Positions 1-9,188 of a stretch of DNA of 53,047 bases are shown here, one piece after another (position 1 is the stretch's first letter; each line of letters begins with the position of its first letter). The position numbers were made by a program, and so were the translations under genes. Origin of the DNA: a virus (Duplodnaviria; Caudoviricetes); IMG/VR virus record IMGVR_UViG_3300042922_000549, positions 1 to 53,047 of that record; one strand, given 5' to 3'. Below the pieces are notes generated by a model. It saw nothing but the letters and a program-made list of their open reading frames with translations, made no database searches and was not told the origin of the DNA.

Positions 1-127
1 TTTACCTTCTACATAAATATTTAAATTCTTTTTATTCATTTAATTACCTCCGTAAGTTTATTTGTTGTATAATACTTCTAAAGGCCGTTGGCCTTATATT
101 TATAAGGGAAGGAATATTTATTGTTTA
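1..127. repeat. 127-bp direct repeat, identical to 52921..53047 (circular assembly overlap)
   Basis: Exact identity of the first and last 127 nt; 127 is a common assembler k-mer size. Confidence 0.95.
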
Positions 128-142
128 ACCCCCCCTCCCCCT

Positions 143-171
143 ATTATATATAACAATATTTAATTTGTAAA
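143..171 (-). promoter_or_regulatory. sigmaA-type promoter (drives the NADAR gene across the circular junction)
   Basis: TTTACA-N17-TATAAT on the minus strand; one of 12 near-identical copies. Confidence 0.7.
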
Positions 172-202
172 CAAAAATTTTTAAATGTTCAAATTCCAAT
201 AC

Positions 203-565
203 TTACATGTCCAGAATTATCTTTACAAATTTGTCCACTTTACCATTTATATATCTTTGTTTAGGTGTTAAAAGTGCCATTATTCTTTGGCATTGCACAT
301 CATTTAGCCCAACATGCTCACCACAATTTATTCCTACAAAAATCATATTTCCTTCAAACACTTCCTTAATTCCACCAGCTCTGTTAATTAATAACAAACA
401 TGGTTCTTTGTCTGCAAATACTTTATCTACAAATATGTCTATTCTTGAAAGCTGGAATAAGCTATTTACATGCACTTTTTCAAGTTGGTCTAAATTAACT
501 ATGTCCTTTAATTGAATTTCTTCAACTTCCATTGTTTTACAATTTAATCTTAATACTTTTTCCAT
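203..565 (-). CDS. hypothetical protein, DUF3846-like
   Basis: 120-aa ORF with RBS; IDIFVD...FEGNMIFVG...GEHVGLND pattern resembles DUF3846. Confidence 0.55.
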   Translation of the reverse strand: MEKVLRLNCKTMEVEEIQLKDIVNLDQLEKVHVNSLFQLSRIDIFVDKVFADKEPCLLLINRAGGIKEVFEGNMIFVGINCGEHVGLNDVQCQRIMALLTPKQRYINGKVDKFVKIILDM

Positions 566-664
566 TTATTTACCTTCTTCCATATTAATTTAATGTGTTT
601 CTATGGTTATCAGAATGTGCTTAGATTAATCAAAATATACTTTTAATATATAAAATTTAATCTC

Positions 665-1024
665 TTAGGTCAAATGGACTTGTAGGTATGCTTCATATTG
701 TTTTCTATCTTTGCTTACCGTGCAACATTTATCCCAACATTCAGTACTTCCTACAAGTAAATCACATACTTCACATTCATCACATTCATTTTCTACTTTA
801 GGTTCAAAGTTCTCACATGAAATACAACTATCACATACTAAATCATTCTCTTCAGATTCCTCGGAATACTTACAATTAAAACAATTTCGTTCATTTGATA
901 TATTTACATTACTAACTTCATTTTGTTTAACTAAAGTCTTTTTTATGTCCTCTAAAAGGGATATAATTCGTTCATTTTGATTTTCTATTCTCAGAACTGC
1001 ATCATTCAAAACTCTACTTTCCAT
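665..1024 (-). CDS. hypothetical Cys-rich protein
   Basis: 119-aa ORF with several CxxC motifs, translationally coupled to the upstream ORF. Confidence 0.7.
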   Translation of the reverse strand: MESRVLNDAVLRIENQNERIISLLEDIKKTLVKQNEVSNVNISNERNCFNCKYSEESEENDLVCDSCISCENFEPKVENECDECEVCDLLVGSTECWDKCCTVSKDRKQYEAYLQVHLT

Positions 1025-1473
1025 TATTCTTGCTCCCTTGGTTTAAAGTTACTATAATTAATGCATTCTGCACATGCCTCATCATAATGGTCAAAGTCAT
1101 CAACATCATAAATACAATTATAACATCTTGCCTCATCTACCTCTTTACAATCGTCAACGCCCATGCAAACCTCACAGTCTGATACATTTTTCTTTTTTAA
1201 CTCATCAAGCAATTCCTGCTGTAGTCCAATTATAATCCAATTTTGCTTAATCAATGCATTCATATACCTTAAATTAAATTGCTCAGCTGGTTTTGCTCCG
1301 CTTAATGCCATACCTGCTTCAGCTAAGGTACTACCTGCCATTTCTCTACTAATTTCTTTCACAATTCCATAATATTTTTCGTCAAGTTCTTGTAATTTAT
1401 ACTGCTCCAAGTACTTATTCACCTTTTCCATTTCTTTGTTTGCTTTTTCCTCTTTACTATTAAATAATCCCAT
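1024..1473 (-). CDS. hypothetical protein with Cys-rich C-terminus
   Basis: 149-aa ORF, AGGAGG RBS, CxxC motifs. Confidence 0.75.
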   Translation of the reverse strand: MGLFNSKEEKANKEMEKVNKYLEQYKLQELDEKYYGIVKEISREMAGSTLAEAGMALSGAKPAEQFNLRYMNALIKQNWIIIGLQQELLDELKKKNVSDCEVCMGVDDCKEVDEARCYNCIYDVDDFDHYDEACAECINYSNFKPREQE

Positions 1474-1493
1474 TTTAAATCCTCCTTTTATTT

Positions 1494-1775
1494 TTATTTA
1501 TTTAATAACTTACTTGTGAATCCATCATTAACTTCAAGCAAAAATCCTTGTATTGCCTCTTTTGATTTCTCAGGATTTTTCTTTACAAAATTTTTCCAAC
1601 GTTTTATTAAGCTTTCTGTCCTATCTTCAAATACATCCCAATCTGTTACTACTTTTTCTTCATCAACCAAATACTTATCAGTTTGTGCATCTGAATTTGT
1701 ATATCTCTTACAATGTAAACAAATAGCAGATTTAATATTTTCTCTCTTACAACCTTTACATAAATATTTTTTCAT
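1494..1775 (-). CDS. hypothetical protein with two CxxC motifs
   Basis: 93-aa ORF with RBS. Confidence 0.65.
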   Translation of the reverse strand: MKKYLCKGCKRENIKSAICLHCKRYTNSDAQTDKYLVDEEKVVTDWDVFEDRTESLIKRWKNFVKKNPEKSKEAIQGFLLEVNDGFTSKLLNK

Positions 1776-1776
1776 T

Positions 1777-2016
1777 TTACTGCCTCCTATTTTTAAGTAA
1801 TTCTGGATTTAATACTGTACATACTTCAAATTTTGCTCTTGAAAGTATTTTATTAGAACTTTTACAAAGTATGTCTGCAAATTCTTTATTTCTGTATAAT
1901 AATGCATCTTCAATTTTGTCAACAAAATCTACTTTCTTTGTCTCATGGTTTAAAGCTAAGTATGTCCTATATCCTACCATCTTAATTCCATATCTTAAAT
2001 CTGATTTATTTCCCAC
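1777..2016 (-). CDS. hypothetical protein
   Basis: 79-aa ORF, GTG start after AGGAGGT. Confidence 0.65.
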   Translation of the reverse strand: MGNKSDLRYGIKMVGYRTYLALNHETKKVDFVDKIEDALLYRNKEFADILCKSSNKILSRAKFEVCTVLNPELLKNRRQ

Positions 2017-2518
2017 GTTTCTTACCTCCTTTGTTATATACTATTGTAATTATAAGTAAACTAGCAATTGCTGCAAATGCATATCCAGTTATTATACCTA
2101 CAGCAAATCCATTATAATAAGCTCTTACCATTTCCTCTTTCTCCTTTGTTTTGTCTCATAATGCATCCATAAATTTCCCTTTTTGCATAGCTTACAAGTT
2201 GTCCCATCTCCGTGTTCCTTATACCAACAATTTACACAATACATACAATTTCTTTTACCATTAGTCATTTTTATTTTCTTCCTCTCTTAACTGTGCTTCT
2301 GCTTCATCTAAGTTGTCAAACATATCATTAATCTCTTGTATAGTAAAAAATCCTTTGTCTGCTAATGTCAACACTAATTGCTTTAAAACAATTATAACAA
2401 ATTTCATTTAGCTCCTCCTTATCCTCCTCATAGGGTTATCAAAATGGCGTATAATTAACGGAATATAATTTGTTAAGGATTTATATTATGGGATATATTC
2501 CGTTAATTTTACTATTAC

Positions 2519-2758
2519 TTAATTACACTCTTTAAATGTTACTACTTTATCCCTTAAAACAAAACCACCAAGCGTTATTGTTTGCTCATTTAATGGATAA
2601 GGAGTAATTAGCTCAAATCCCTTTACATTAAAGTATTCACATAAGAACTTCCAAATATCATCGAATGTACACGTATGTACTGGTTTTCTTATTGCTATTG
2701 GACTATGTGCATCTGATAACATTATTTTAAATTTTCTTTCGTTCATTTGTACCTCCAT
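2519..2758 (-). CDS. hypothetical protein (likely start is the second Met, ~2746)
   Basis: ORF downstream of a promoter, GGAGG RBS before MNERK. Confidence 0.6.
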   Translation of the reverse strand: MEVQMNERKFKIMLSDAHSPIAIRKPVHTCTFDDIWKFLCEYFNVKGFELITPYPLNEQTITLGGFVLRDKVVTFKECN

Positions 2759-2774
2759 ACGTTTTATTTAGTAC

Positions 2775-2803
2775 ATTATACATCAGAACAAGCAGGTTGT
2801 AAA
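2775..2803 (-). promoter_or_regulatory. sigmaA-type promoter
   Basis: TTTACA-N17-TATAAT. Confidence 0.75.
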
Positions 2804-2827
2804 CAATTATTTTTAAAAATTTACAAT

Positions 2828-2850
2828 AAAAAAGGAGCTTATTCAGCTCC
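2828..2850 (-). terminator. intrinsic terminator
   Basis: GGAGCT-GAATA-AGCTCC followed by T6. Confidence 0.75.
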
Positions 2851-2878
2851 CTATATTTACATTATTACTTTTTTCATG

Positions 2879-3379
2879 TTATTCACCTCTATTTATACTT
2901 TTAAATTTGTCAAAACCTTCCGGATATCTTGCTTTTAATTTGTTTACATTTTCTTGCATTACAGTTTCAAGACTAACTCCAGTTGCTGTACACATTAAAG
3001 CCACGTACCATAAAACATCTCCGAGTTCTTTTGCAACTTTGTCTATACTAAACTCATGCCCTTGATATAAGCATTTCTTCACATGGTCTGCAACTTCACC
3101 TGCTTCACCAGCTAAACCTAAACCAGCATTTCCTATCATTTTTTCAAAATCTTTTAATACTTCTGGATTAGCAGTTACCATAGCTAACTTTTGATATTCG
3201 TTAGGAGTTATTACACATTTTTTTAAGTTCAAATCTTTTATTAAATCATCTGCTTCTGTTAATTCTTCAAAACTTGCATAACCTAAACTACCAATTATAT
3301 AACCTGCATTATCTCTGATTATTCCATTCTCTTGGACTTCTACTAAACATCTTTTAGTTCTTATTTGCTCTCCACACAT
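2879..3379 (-). CDS. MazG-like nucleotide pyrophosphohydrolase
   Basis: LGLAGEAGEVADHVKK...KELGDVLWYVA...NVNKLKARYP signature. Confidence 0.9.
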   Translation of the reverse strand: MCGEQIRTKRCLVEVQENGIIRDNAGYIIGSLGYASFEELTEADDLIKDLNLKKCVITPNEYQKLAMVTANPEVLKDFEKMIGNAGLGLAGEAGEVADHVKKCLYQGHEFSIDKVAKELGDVLWYVALMCTATGVSLETVMQENVNKLKARYPEGFDKFKSINRGE

Positions 3380-3449
3380 TTTAATTTACCTTCCCTTATA
3401 TTTATATTACTTTACAATTTAAGTTATTCTAAACCTCATCTATTAACTC

Positions 3450-3689
3450 TCAGCAAACTTTTTGTCTCATTCTAGTCATTGGAATATTATGCATCTTCCT
3501 CCAATTATTACTTTTGTTTAAAACAATTGAAAGATAATACTTTTGGCTTTTACTTAAAGAATATCTCATAAGTTTCTCTAAGTATACTTTAAAAATACTT
3601 TTTATTGCTTTTACAAATCTTTCCATAACTTCAAGGAGTTTATTCCAAGCCTCAGTTATTGATTCTGAAAATACAATAAATTCATCCAT
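3450..3689 (-). CDS. hypothetical protein
   Basis: 79-aa ORF in operon context. Confidence 0.6.
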   Translation of the reverse strand: MDEFIVFSESITEAWNKLLEVMERFVKAIKSIFKVYLEKLMRYSLSKSQKYYLSIVLNKSNNWRKMHNIPMTRMRQKVC

Positions 3690-3694
3690 TATTT

Positions 3695-4333
3695 TTACCT
3701 CTTACCTATAAATGTAGTGGTCCAGTTTAAATCAGTTATATGAGCATTATTTAGCATAGTAAAATTCTTCTTTAACCATTTAAGCAAATGTTCTCCTTTG
3801 GTTCTCAACCCATGTTGCAAATGGAGCTCAATAGCTATCCCTTTTACAGTGTCAGGAATTAAAGTAAAATCTAAGTCATACTCTCCACCCTCAATATCAA
3901 TCTTTATTATTTCAGGTTTTATTTTCTCAAGTACTTTGCTAAAAGCAATTGTTTTTACCTCAATCTCTTCCCTACCTCTTATCTTTACAAGGGAATGTAG
4001 TCCTTTATTTGTTCCCTCATTATTTACATAAAAAGTAGCTTTACCATCTTTACTTGCAACAGCAAATTTATGTAAGTAAGCACCTTTTAAATGTTGTTTA
4101 TGATATACTTCAATATTATCTGGGTCAGGTTCAAAGCTTACAACTTCTTTTGCACCATGTTGTAAAGCATTATAAGCAAAACTTCCAATATTGCCACCAA
4201 TATCTAATACCACTTTACCTTTAACCATTTCAAATAATCTAGCATAACTGCTTTGTTCCTTTATTACAGATAAATCATAAGTATCTGGTCTATAATAAAG
4301 TCCTGTTTTTTCATCTTTTAATAATTTTTGCAT
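3695..4333 (-). CDS. FkbM-family SAM-dependent methyltransferase
   Basis: VLDIGGNIG, SFEPDPDN and IKIDIEGGE motifs. Confidence 0.9.
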   Translation of the reverse strand: MQKLLKDEKTGLYYRPDTYDLSVIKEQSSYARLFEMVKGKVVLDIGGNIGSFAYNALQHGAKEVVSFEPDPDNIEVYHKQHLKGAYLHKFAVASKDGKATFYVNNEGTNKGLHSLVKIRGREEIEVKTIAFSKVLEKIKPEIIKIDIEGGEYDLDFTLIPDTVKGIAIELHLQHGLRTKGEHLLKWLKKNFTMLNNAHITDLNWTTTFIGKR

Positions 4334-4341
4334 TTTACCTC

Positions 4342-4683
4342 CTAATTTTCATTAGCCTCTTGCAAAGCTAATTTTGCAGTTACAAATTCTACAATTTCTC
4401 CAGATGTATCATATCTGTAAATTTTCTTATTTTCCTGTATTGCACGTTCTAATTCTTGCTTAGCACCTTTAGAATCTTGCCAACCATTTAACATTAAAAT
4501 TGCATCTGAAGCTTCAACCATAGCTAAATCAATTATCATATAAGTTTGCCAGTTTAATCCGAGAGGTACACAGCATGGATTAATTGGAATGTGACCCATT
4601 TCTTTTAATTCTTTTTCTGCCTCATTAAAAGTCTTTAAATAATCAATTTTGCCAGTTATTGCTCCACTAATGTATACTACCAT
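4342..4683 (-). CDS. DUF4406-like protein (nucleoside deoxyribosyltransferase-like fold)
   Basis: VYISGAITG...INP...WQTYM...DAILMLNGWQDSKGAKQE. Confidence 0.85.
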   Translation of the reverse strand: MVVYISGAITGKIDYLKTFNEAEKELKEMGHIPINPCCVPLGLNWQTYMIIDLAMVEASDAILMLNGWQDSKGAKQELERAIQENKKIYRYDTSGEIVEFVTAKLALQEANEN

Positions 4684-5537
4684 TTATGTTCCCCTTTATC
4701 TAATATATTTATAAATCTACCTAAATATTCATAAGCTTTCTTAAGGTCCTCAATTCCACCTTTAAACTTCCATCTTAGAATATACCTAAGTATTGTAAAT
4801 ATGTAGCCACCTTCTAAACCATTCAAGTCTTTTATTGCCTGTTCTAAAATGTCTATTACCTCAATATCACCTGAGTTGTAGTGGCTTACTTTATGAACCA
4901 TATCTTTTGGAGTACTTTTCAAAGCTGCTTTGTATAAATTTATTTGCTTAACATAATCTTTAGCAGTAGTATCAAGTTTTAACTCTACTTTTGTATAACA
5001 GTCATGGTCAACACAGCTTTGCTCATTTGCGCAACCCCAACCATTATCTCCATCATATACACAGCCTTTACAAGTGTATTCATATTTCTCAAACTTTGAT
5101 TCAAAAGCCTCATTCAAATCATTAATACAATACATTGTTTCTGCATCTGGGTAAATCTCTTTTCCTTCCTCATTTACAATACAACCATCTTTAACTTTAT
5201 AGATTTTATTTAATTCAAATTCACCAACTGCCTCAATACATATAACATCACAGTTAAGTTTAGGATTTACTTTTTCAGATTTGAATTTTCTTTCCTTATA
5301 TAAGTCATAGTCTACACAATCTTCCTCGCATTTAACTTTACCTTTTAATCTATATGTTTTATTGTACTTGCATGTAATACATGGTCTAGGTTCAGCTACT
5401 GGTTCTTCCAACTTGGAATATTTATCACCTTTAACACATTCATTATCATTATTACAGTTTTCATTGACTAAGTAACAACATTCTTTTTTATTAACTACAC
5501 AATATCTTAGCATGTATTCTTCGTTTAACTTTTTCAT
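4677..5537 (-). CDS. Cys-rich protein with C-terminal DUF3310-like domain
   Basis: C-terminal DMVHKVSHYNSGDIEVID...YILRWKFKGGIEDLKKA motif. Confidence 0.75.
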   Translation of the reverse strand: MKKLNEEYMLRYCVVNKKECCYLVNENCNNDNECVKGDKYSKLEEPVAEPRPCITCKYNKTYRLKGKVKCEEDCVDYDLYKERKFKSEKVNPKLNCDVICIEAVGEFELNKIYKVKDGCIVNEEGKEIYPDAETMYCINDLNEAFESKFEKYEYTCKGCVYDGDNGWGCANEQSCVDHDCYTKVELKLDTTAKDYVKQINLYKAALKSTPKDMVHKVSHYNSGDIEVIDILEQAIKDLNGLEGGYIFTILRYILRWKFKGGIEDLKKAYEYLGRFINILDKGEHKW

Positions 5538-5602
5538 TTTAAATTATCTCCTCTTCTAAGTAATGTTAATATATTACCTTATATACTTTGATTAATCTGA
5601 GC

Positions 5603-5953
5603 CTAATCTAGGGCCTCAGAGTTTGCCTTTAATACATTGGCTAAGTTTATCTTTATACCTAAGGACATCTCAAGGACTTCCTTCATCTCATCTGAGCTTA
5701 CTTCCTTGCTTTCAAATTGTTTATACATGTAACTTACTTTATGAAGCAATTGCTCAATCCTCTTTGGACCAAATTTAAATTCATCTCTTAAAGCCATTAT
5801 GAATAAACAACTCATTAGTTCAATACTATAATTAACTGTTTCTTTCTTAATTTGCTCTACACGTTCTATGCTTATTCCAATAGGTGGTTTTTTAGCATCC
5901 TTCTTGGCTTTCTTCTCCATTGCCCTGCGTTGTTGCCTGTTCATTTTCATCAC
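5603..5953 (-). CDS. hypothetical protein
   Basis: MNRQQRR start and LRDEFKFGPKRI motif common in Bacillota phage proteins. Confidence 0.7.
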   Translation of the reverse strand: MMKMNRQQRRAMEKKAKKDAKKPPIGISIERVEQIKKETVNYSIELMSCLFIMALRDEFKFGPKRIEQLLHKVSYMYKQFESKEVSSDEMKEVLEMSLGIKINLANVLKANSEALD

Positions 5954-6197
5954 TCCTCGATAGTGTTTGTCTTATACTTATTAGTACACCAATAATATTA
6001 TCCATTTGCTCAGCCGTTCCAAAGCTCATTATTATTGGATATTTAGTTAGTTTTGTTTCTGAACCAATTTCATCAATTTTGTTATCTGCATTCTTTAAAG
6101 CTACAATTCCAAGCTTGCCTTGAAAGCCTCCAACTATGTCAATTCCTTTTTCACTATTAAAATCTAAAATTCTACTGGCTTTATATTTTTTAATCAT
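5892..6197 (-). CDS. hypothetical protein
   Basis: 101-aa ORF with RBS. Confidence 0.65.
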   Translation of the reverse strand: MIKKYKASRILDFNSEKGIDIVGGFQGKLGIVALKNADNKIDEIGSETKLTKYPIIMSFGTAEQMDNIIGVLISIRQTLSRSDENEQATTQGNGEESQEGC

Positions 6198-6349
6198 ATT
6201 ACTTTTCTCCTTTTACGTGCCCACTCTCTTTGGTACCATAAATGGTATTTACATCTAGTCTTTCCATATTCAGCCTCATTAATACAGTCAACACATATCC
6301 CTTTAATTTTATGTTTTGTTCTATACTTTTTAACACAAGAATAACTCAT
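6194..6349 (-). CDS. small basic zinc-finger-like protein (51 aa, not in ORF track)
   Basis: Manual translation MSYSCVKKYRTKHKIKGICVDCINEAEYGKTRCKYHLWYQREWARKRRKVI; GAGGAG RBS. Confidence 0.6.
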   Translation of the reverse strand: MSYSCVKKYRTKHKIKGICVDCINEAEYGKTRCKYHLWYQREWARKRRKVI

Positions 6350-6437
6350 ATTTAACTCCTCATCTTAGGTAATAGTTTTATATTATAATAATACTTTGAT
6401 TAATCTGAGCTCAATTCTGGGCCTTCAAAAGGGGATT

Positions 6438-6848
6438 TTATTCCCCTTTATTTAATAAGTAATTTAAACGTTCTTTCCTGTACTGCTCTTTTACTTCCAA
6501 CTTGGTTTTTGTTCTTTCTACAAAAGCTTTCATGTTACATCTATTACAATTGTATTCCTCATTTATGTAAAATAGCTTATGCATGCTTTTACAATTTTCA
6601 CAGAATTTAACAACTTCTTCTTTTGTCTCAAGTGTACAATATAATTCAAGTTTATATATTACCTTCTCATCAGTTTCAACAACTTTTTCTATTTTCCATA
6701 AAGTCTCACCAATATCAGTTATTTTGCTTACTACATTATTTGCAACCCAACGGCAAGCTTTTAAATAAGCATCTTTGCTTGTTACTGCAGTAAATTCTTT
6801 AGTAAAAAATTTCTCAGTTACCATCATTTTATTTGCCTCCCCACTCAA
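6438..6848 (-). CDS. hypothetical protein with two CxxC motifs
   Basis: 136-aa ORF. Confidence 0.7.
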   Translation of the reverse strand: MSGEANKMMVTEKFFTKEFTAVTSKDAYLKACRWVANNVVSKITDIGETLWKIEKVVETDEKVIYKLELYCTLETKEEVVKFCENCKSMHKLFYINEEYNCNRCNMKAFVERTKTKLEVKEQYRKERLNYLLNKGE

Positions 6849-7422
6849 GAATATAAGCTTTTTTAATTACTCTACCCTCAGGAGGTATATCACTTAAATT
6901 TTCTACAAATATATCAATTCTATTGTCATATATAGCTGGACCTCTATCATCTACAACATATACAATATCATCAATTAATATTTTTGTTCCAAATGGAAAC
7001 CTTTCATCTGCTGCAATTGTATGAGTAGCTTGTACCATTTTACCACTTGCAGTTAGTCCATATTCTGGATGGTCAGGAGTTTTACCAGTGCTTTCATATC
7101 CTGCTGTATACCAAGAACACTCTGCATCAAAACTTGGAAAATTGCTTAAATTCTTTATTTCTTCTAAATCATTTTCCAGTCTTTTTACATTAGCATCTAT
7201 ATACAATGTTTGTGCTCTTAATTCACTAATATCCGGATAAACATCTTCTATAAGCATGCCATGATGCCTATCAATATGCTCACTTTGCTTTTCCAGAATT
7301 ATGCTTCCTATAAGCGCAATTCCTATTCCTAAAACTAATATAAATATTAATAGAATGTCTATAAAATTATTAAATTTTTCATTATCCTTTATATAATACT
7401 TTCTTCTTCTTCCGTTAATCAT
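6829..7422 (-). CDS. membrane-anchored 3D-domain (MltA-like lytic transglycosylase) protein
   Basis: N-terminal TM helix; TASG...TIAAD..FPFGTKI...DDRGPAI..NRIDIF. Confidence 0.85.
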   Translation of the reverse strand: MINGRRRKYYIKDNEKFNNFIDILLIFILVLGIGIALIGSIILEKQSEHIDRHHGMLIEDVYPDISELRAQTLYIDANVKRLENDLEEIKNLSNFPSFDAECSWYTAGYESTGKTPDHPEYGLTASGKMVQATHTIAADERFPFGTKILIDDIVYVVDDRGPAIYDNRIDIFVENLSDIPPEGRVIKKAYILEWGGK

Positions 7423-7426
7423 AACA

Positions 7427-7882
7427 CTATGCCTCCAATTTAAACTTTTCTGATTGTTTTCTTGCCAACAAATCTACACGTTCATTATGTGTATGTCCAG
7501 CATGACCTTTTATTTTTACAAAATGTATGTTTTTATTTTTACCAAGTAGTTGTAAAAATCTTTCCCATAAATCTATATTTTTTACTTGAGTTCCTTTCTT
7601 AGTTTTCCATCCATTTTCTTTCCAATTTTTAAGCCATCCATTATTTACTGAATTTACTACATAAGCACTATCACTATAAATATCCACTTTATTCGGTATT
7701 GCATTTTGTTTTATGTATTCTAGACCTTTGATTACTGCTATTAATTCCATTCTATTATTAGTTGTTTCTTTTTCCCCACCAGAAAGCTCAATACTATTTT
7801 CTTGAAGAAATATTTTTGTTGCCCAGCCCCCAGCTCCCGGATTTCCACTACAAGCACCGTCTGTAAATATACGTACTTTCAT
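7427..7882 (-). CDS. rnhA: ribonuclease HI
   Basis: TDGACSGNPGAGGW, TTNNRMEL, SDSAYV, KGHAGHTHNERVD. Confidence 0.95.
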   Translation of the reverse strand: MKVRIFTDGACSGNPGAGGWATKIFLQENSIELSGGEKETTNNRMELIAVIKGLEYIKQNAIPNKVDIYSDSAYVVNSVNNGWLKNWKENGWKTKKGTQVKNIDLWERFLQLLGKNKNIHFVKIKGHAGHTHNERVDLLARKQSEKFKLEA

Positions 7883-7893
7883 ATACCCTCCAA

Positions 7894-8289
7894 TTACTTT
7901 TCTTCTGTTTTGAATTTTATTCCTTTTACTAAATACCCGTATAAAACTATCATAGTCTTACACATTCCCTCAAATAATGTATGGCAAATAACTGTATCAA
8001 TCCATTTACCTTCATCACTTTTAATCATTATACTCCAACTTAGTTCACTTGCTTTTTGTATATACCCAATTCTAATTCCATATTTTTTTTCAACTCTTAA
8101 ATAACCTTGCTCAACTGTGTTTGGAGTTATTTCTTCAAATTCAAATCTCTCAAACCACTTCATACTATTTACTGCTTTTTTTAATTTTGCCATATTCTCC
8201 GGAAGTCTGCAGTCCATATTAAGTAATAACTCAATTTTATTTTCTTTATTTTTCATTATGTTACTTGCTGCTTCTTCTACTCTTTTCAT
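7894..8289 (-). CDS. hypothetical protein
   Basis: 131-aa ORF with GGAGG RBS. Confidence 0.7.
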   Translation of the reverse strand: MKRVEEAASNIMKNKENKIELLLNMDCRLPENMAKLKKAVNSMKWFERFEFEEITPNTVEQGYLRVEKKYGIRIGYIQKASELSWSIMIKSDEGKWIDTVICHTLFEGMCKTMIVLYGYLVKGIKFKTEEK

Positions 8290-8299
8290 TTAGTCCTCC

Positions 8300-8338
8300 A
8301 AAAGTAAAATAGGGATGGGTATCTAAAATTCCCATCCC
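8300..8338 (-). terminator. intrinsic terminator
   Basis: GGGATGGG/CCCATCCC stem followed by TATTTTACTTTT. Confidence 0.65.
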
Positions 8339-8380
8339 CATTATCATTAGTAAGTTAAGTTAACAATAAATACTATTTAA

Positions 8381-9055
8381 TTAGATGTCCCATTCTCCGT
8401 CTTCATCTTCATCATCGTCATCATCTTTTTTGGACTTCTTTTTGTCAGCTTTCTTATCAGACTTTTTGTCAGCTTTCTTGCCATTCTTCTTTGCCGGCTT
8501 TTTCTCTTCTTCTTCCTCTTCGTCTTCGTCCTCTTCGTCATCTTCATCAGAAGCTCCGTTTAAAAGTTTAACAAGGTCCTGCTTTTTCATTCCTTTTTGA
8601 AGTTTGATTTTTTTCTCTTTGCAAAGTGCTACTAATTCTTTTGTACTCATTTCTTCATAATCGGTTTCATCTTCGTCTTCATCGTCATCTTCTTCATCGT
8701 CTTCATCTTTTGTTGCAGCTGCTTCCTTTTTGCCTTTTCCGCCTTTTTTGTCATCTTTCTTTCCTGCTGCTTTTTTGTCTTCTTTTTTATTAGATTTCTT
8801 TTCTTCTTTTTCTTCAACTTCTTCATCGTCATCATCTGAATCTGAAGTATCTTCAACACCACCTGCTAACAAACCATTAATTTTTCTTGCCGTCATATGA
8901 GCTGGTAAACTTTCAACTATTTCAAGCAATCCTTTTTCAGTTTGTACCGCCATCGCTAATAATGGGAATCTTCTTCCTATATCAACCATTGCTCCTTTAT
9001 CTTTTCCTTCTCTTAAAACTACTACTGCTTCTGCAGCTGTCCAATTCTTTGCCAT
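8381..9055 (-). CDS. acidic/Lys-rich block protein with HeH/Rho_N-like module
   Basis: Alternating D/E and K tracts; YEEMSTKELVALCKEKKI...KKQDLVKLL. Confidence 0.75.
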   Translation of the reverse strand: MAKNWTAAEAVVVLREGKDKGAMVDIGRRFPLLAMAVQTEKGLLEIVESLPAHMTARKINGLLAGGVEDTSDSDDDDEEVEEKEEKKSNKKEDKKAAGKKDDKKGGKGKKEAAATKDEDDEEDDDEDEDETDYEEMSTKELVALCKEKKIKLQKGMKKQDLVKLLNGASDEDDEEDEDEEEEEEKKPAKKNGKKADKKSDKKADKKKSKKDDDDDEDEDGEWDI

Positions 9056-9115
9056 TTTGTGGCCTCCTTTAAATTTATAATTTTATTTTTTTATTTTCCT
9101 CTTTTGATGTTTATG

Positions 9116-9187
9116 TAACCTGCCATCATCAGTACCAGTAGGTTATTTCTGGTATATAACTGGGGAGGTGTTCCCAGTTATTTCGGC
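9116..9187 (-). ncRNA. type II hammerhead ribozyme with pseudoknot
   Basis: Minus strand: GCC-GAAA-TAACTGGG(loop)CCCAGTTA-TA^-TACCAG(AAATAACCTA)CTGGTA-CTGATGA-T-GGC-AGGTTA. Core, three stems and loop I/3' tail pairing are all present. Confidence 0.9.
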
Positions 9188-9188
9188 T

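Noticed and set aside
8400-8850. Tandem TCATCT/TCTTCA-like DNA repeats (also 22310-22630 and 40600-40700)
   Set aside because: Explained by poly-Asp/Glu coding, not an independent repeat array
8647-8862. Alternative-frame 71-aa Lys/Met-rich ORF
   Set aside because: Frame shadow of the low-complexity gene 8381..9055; no RBS
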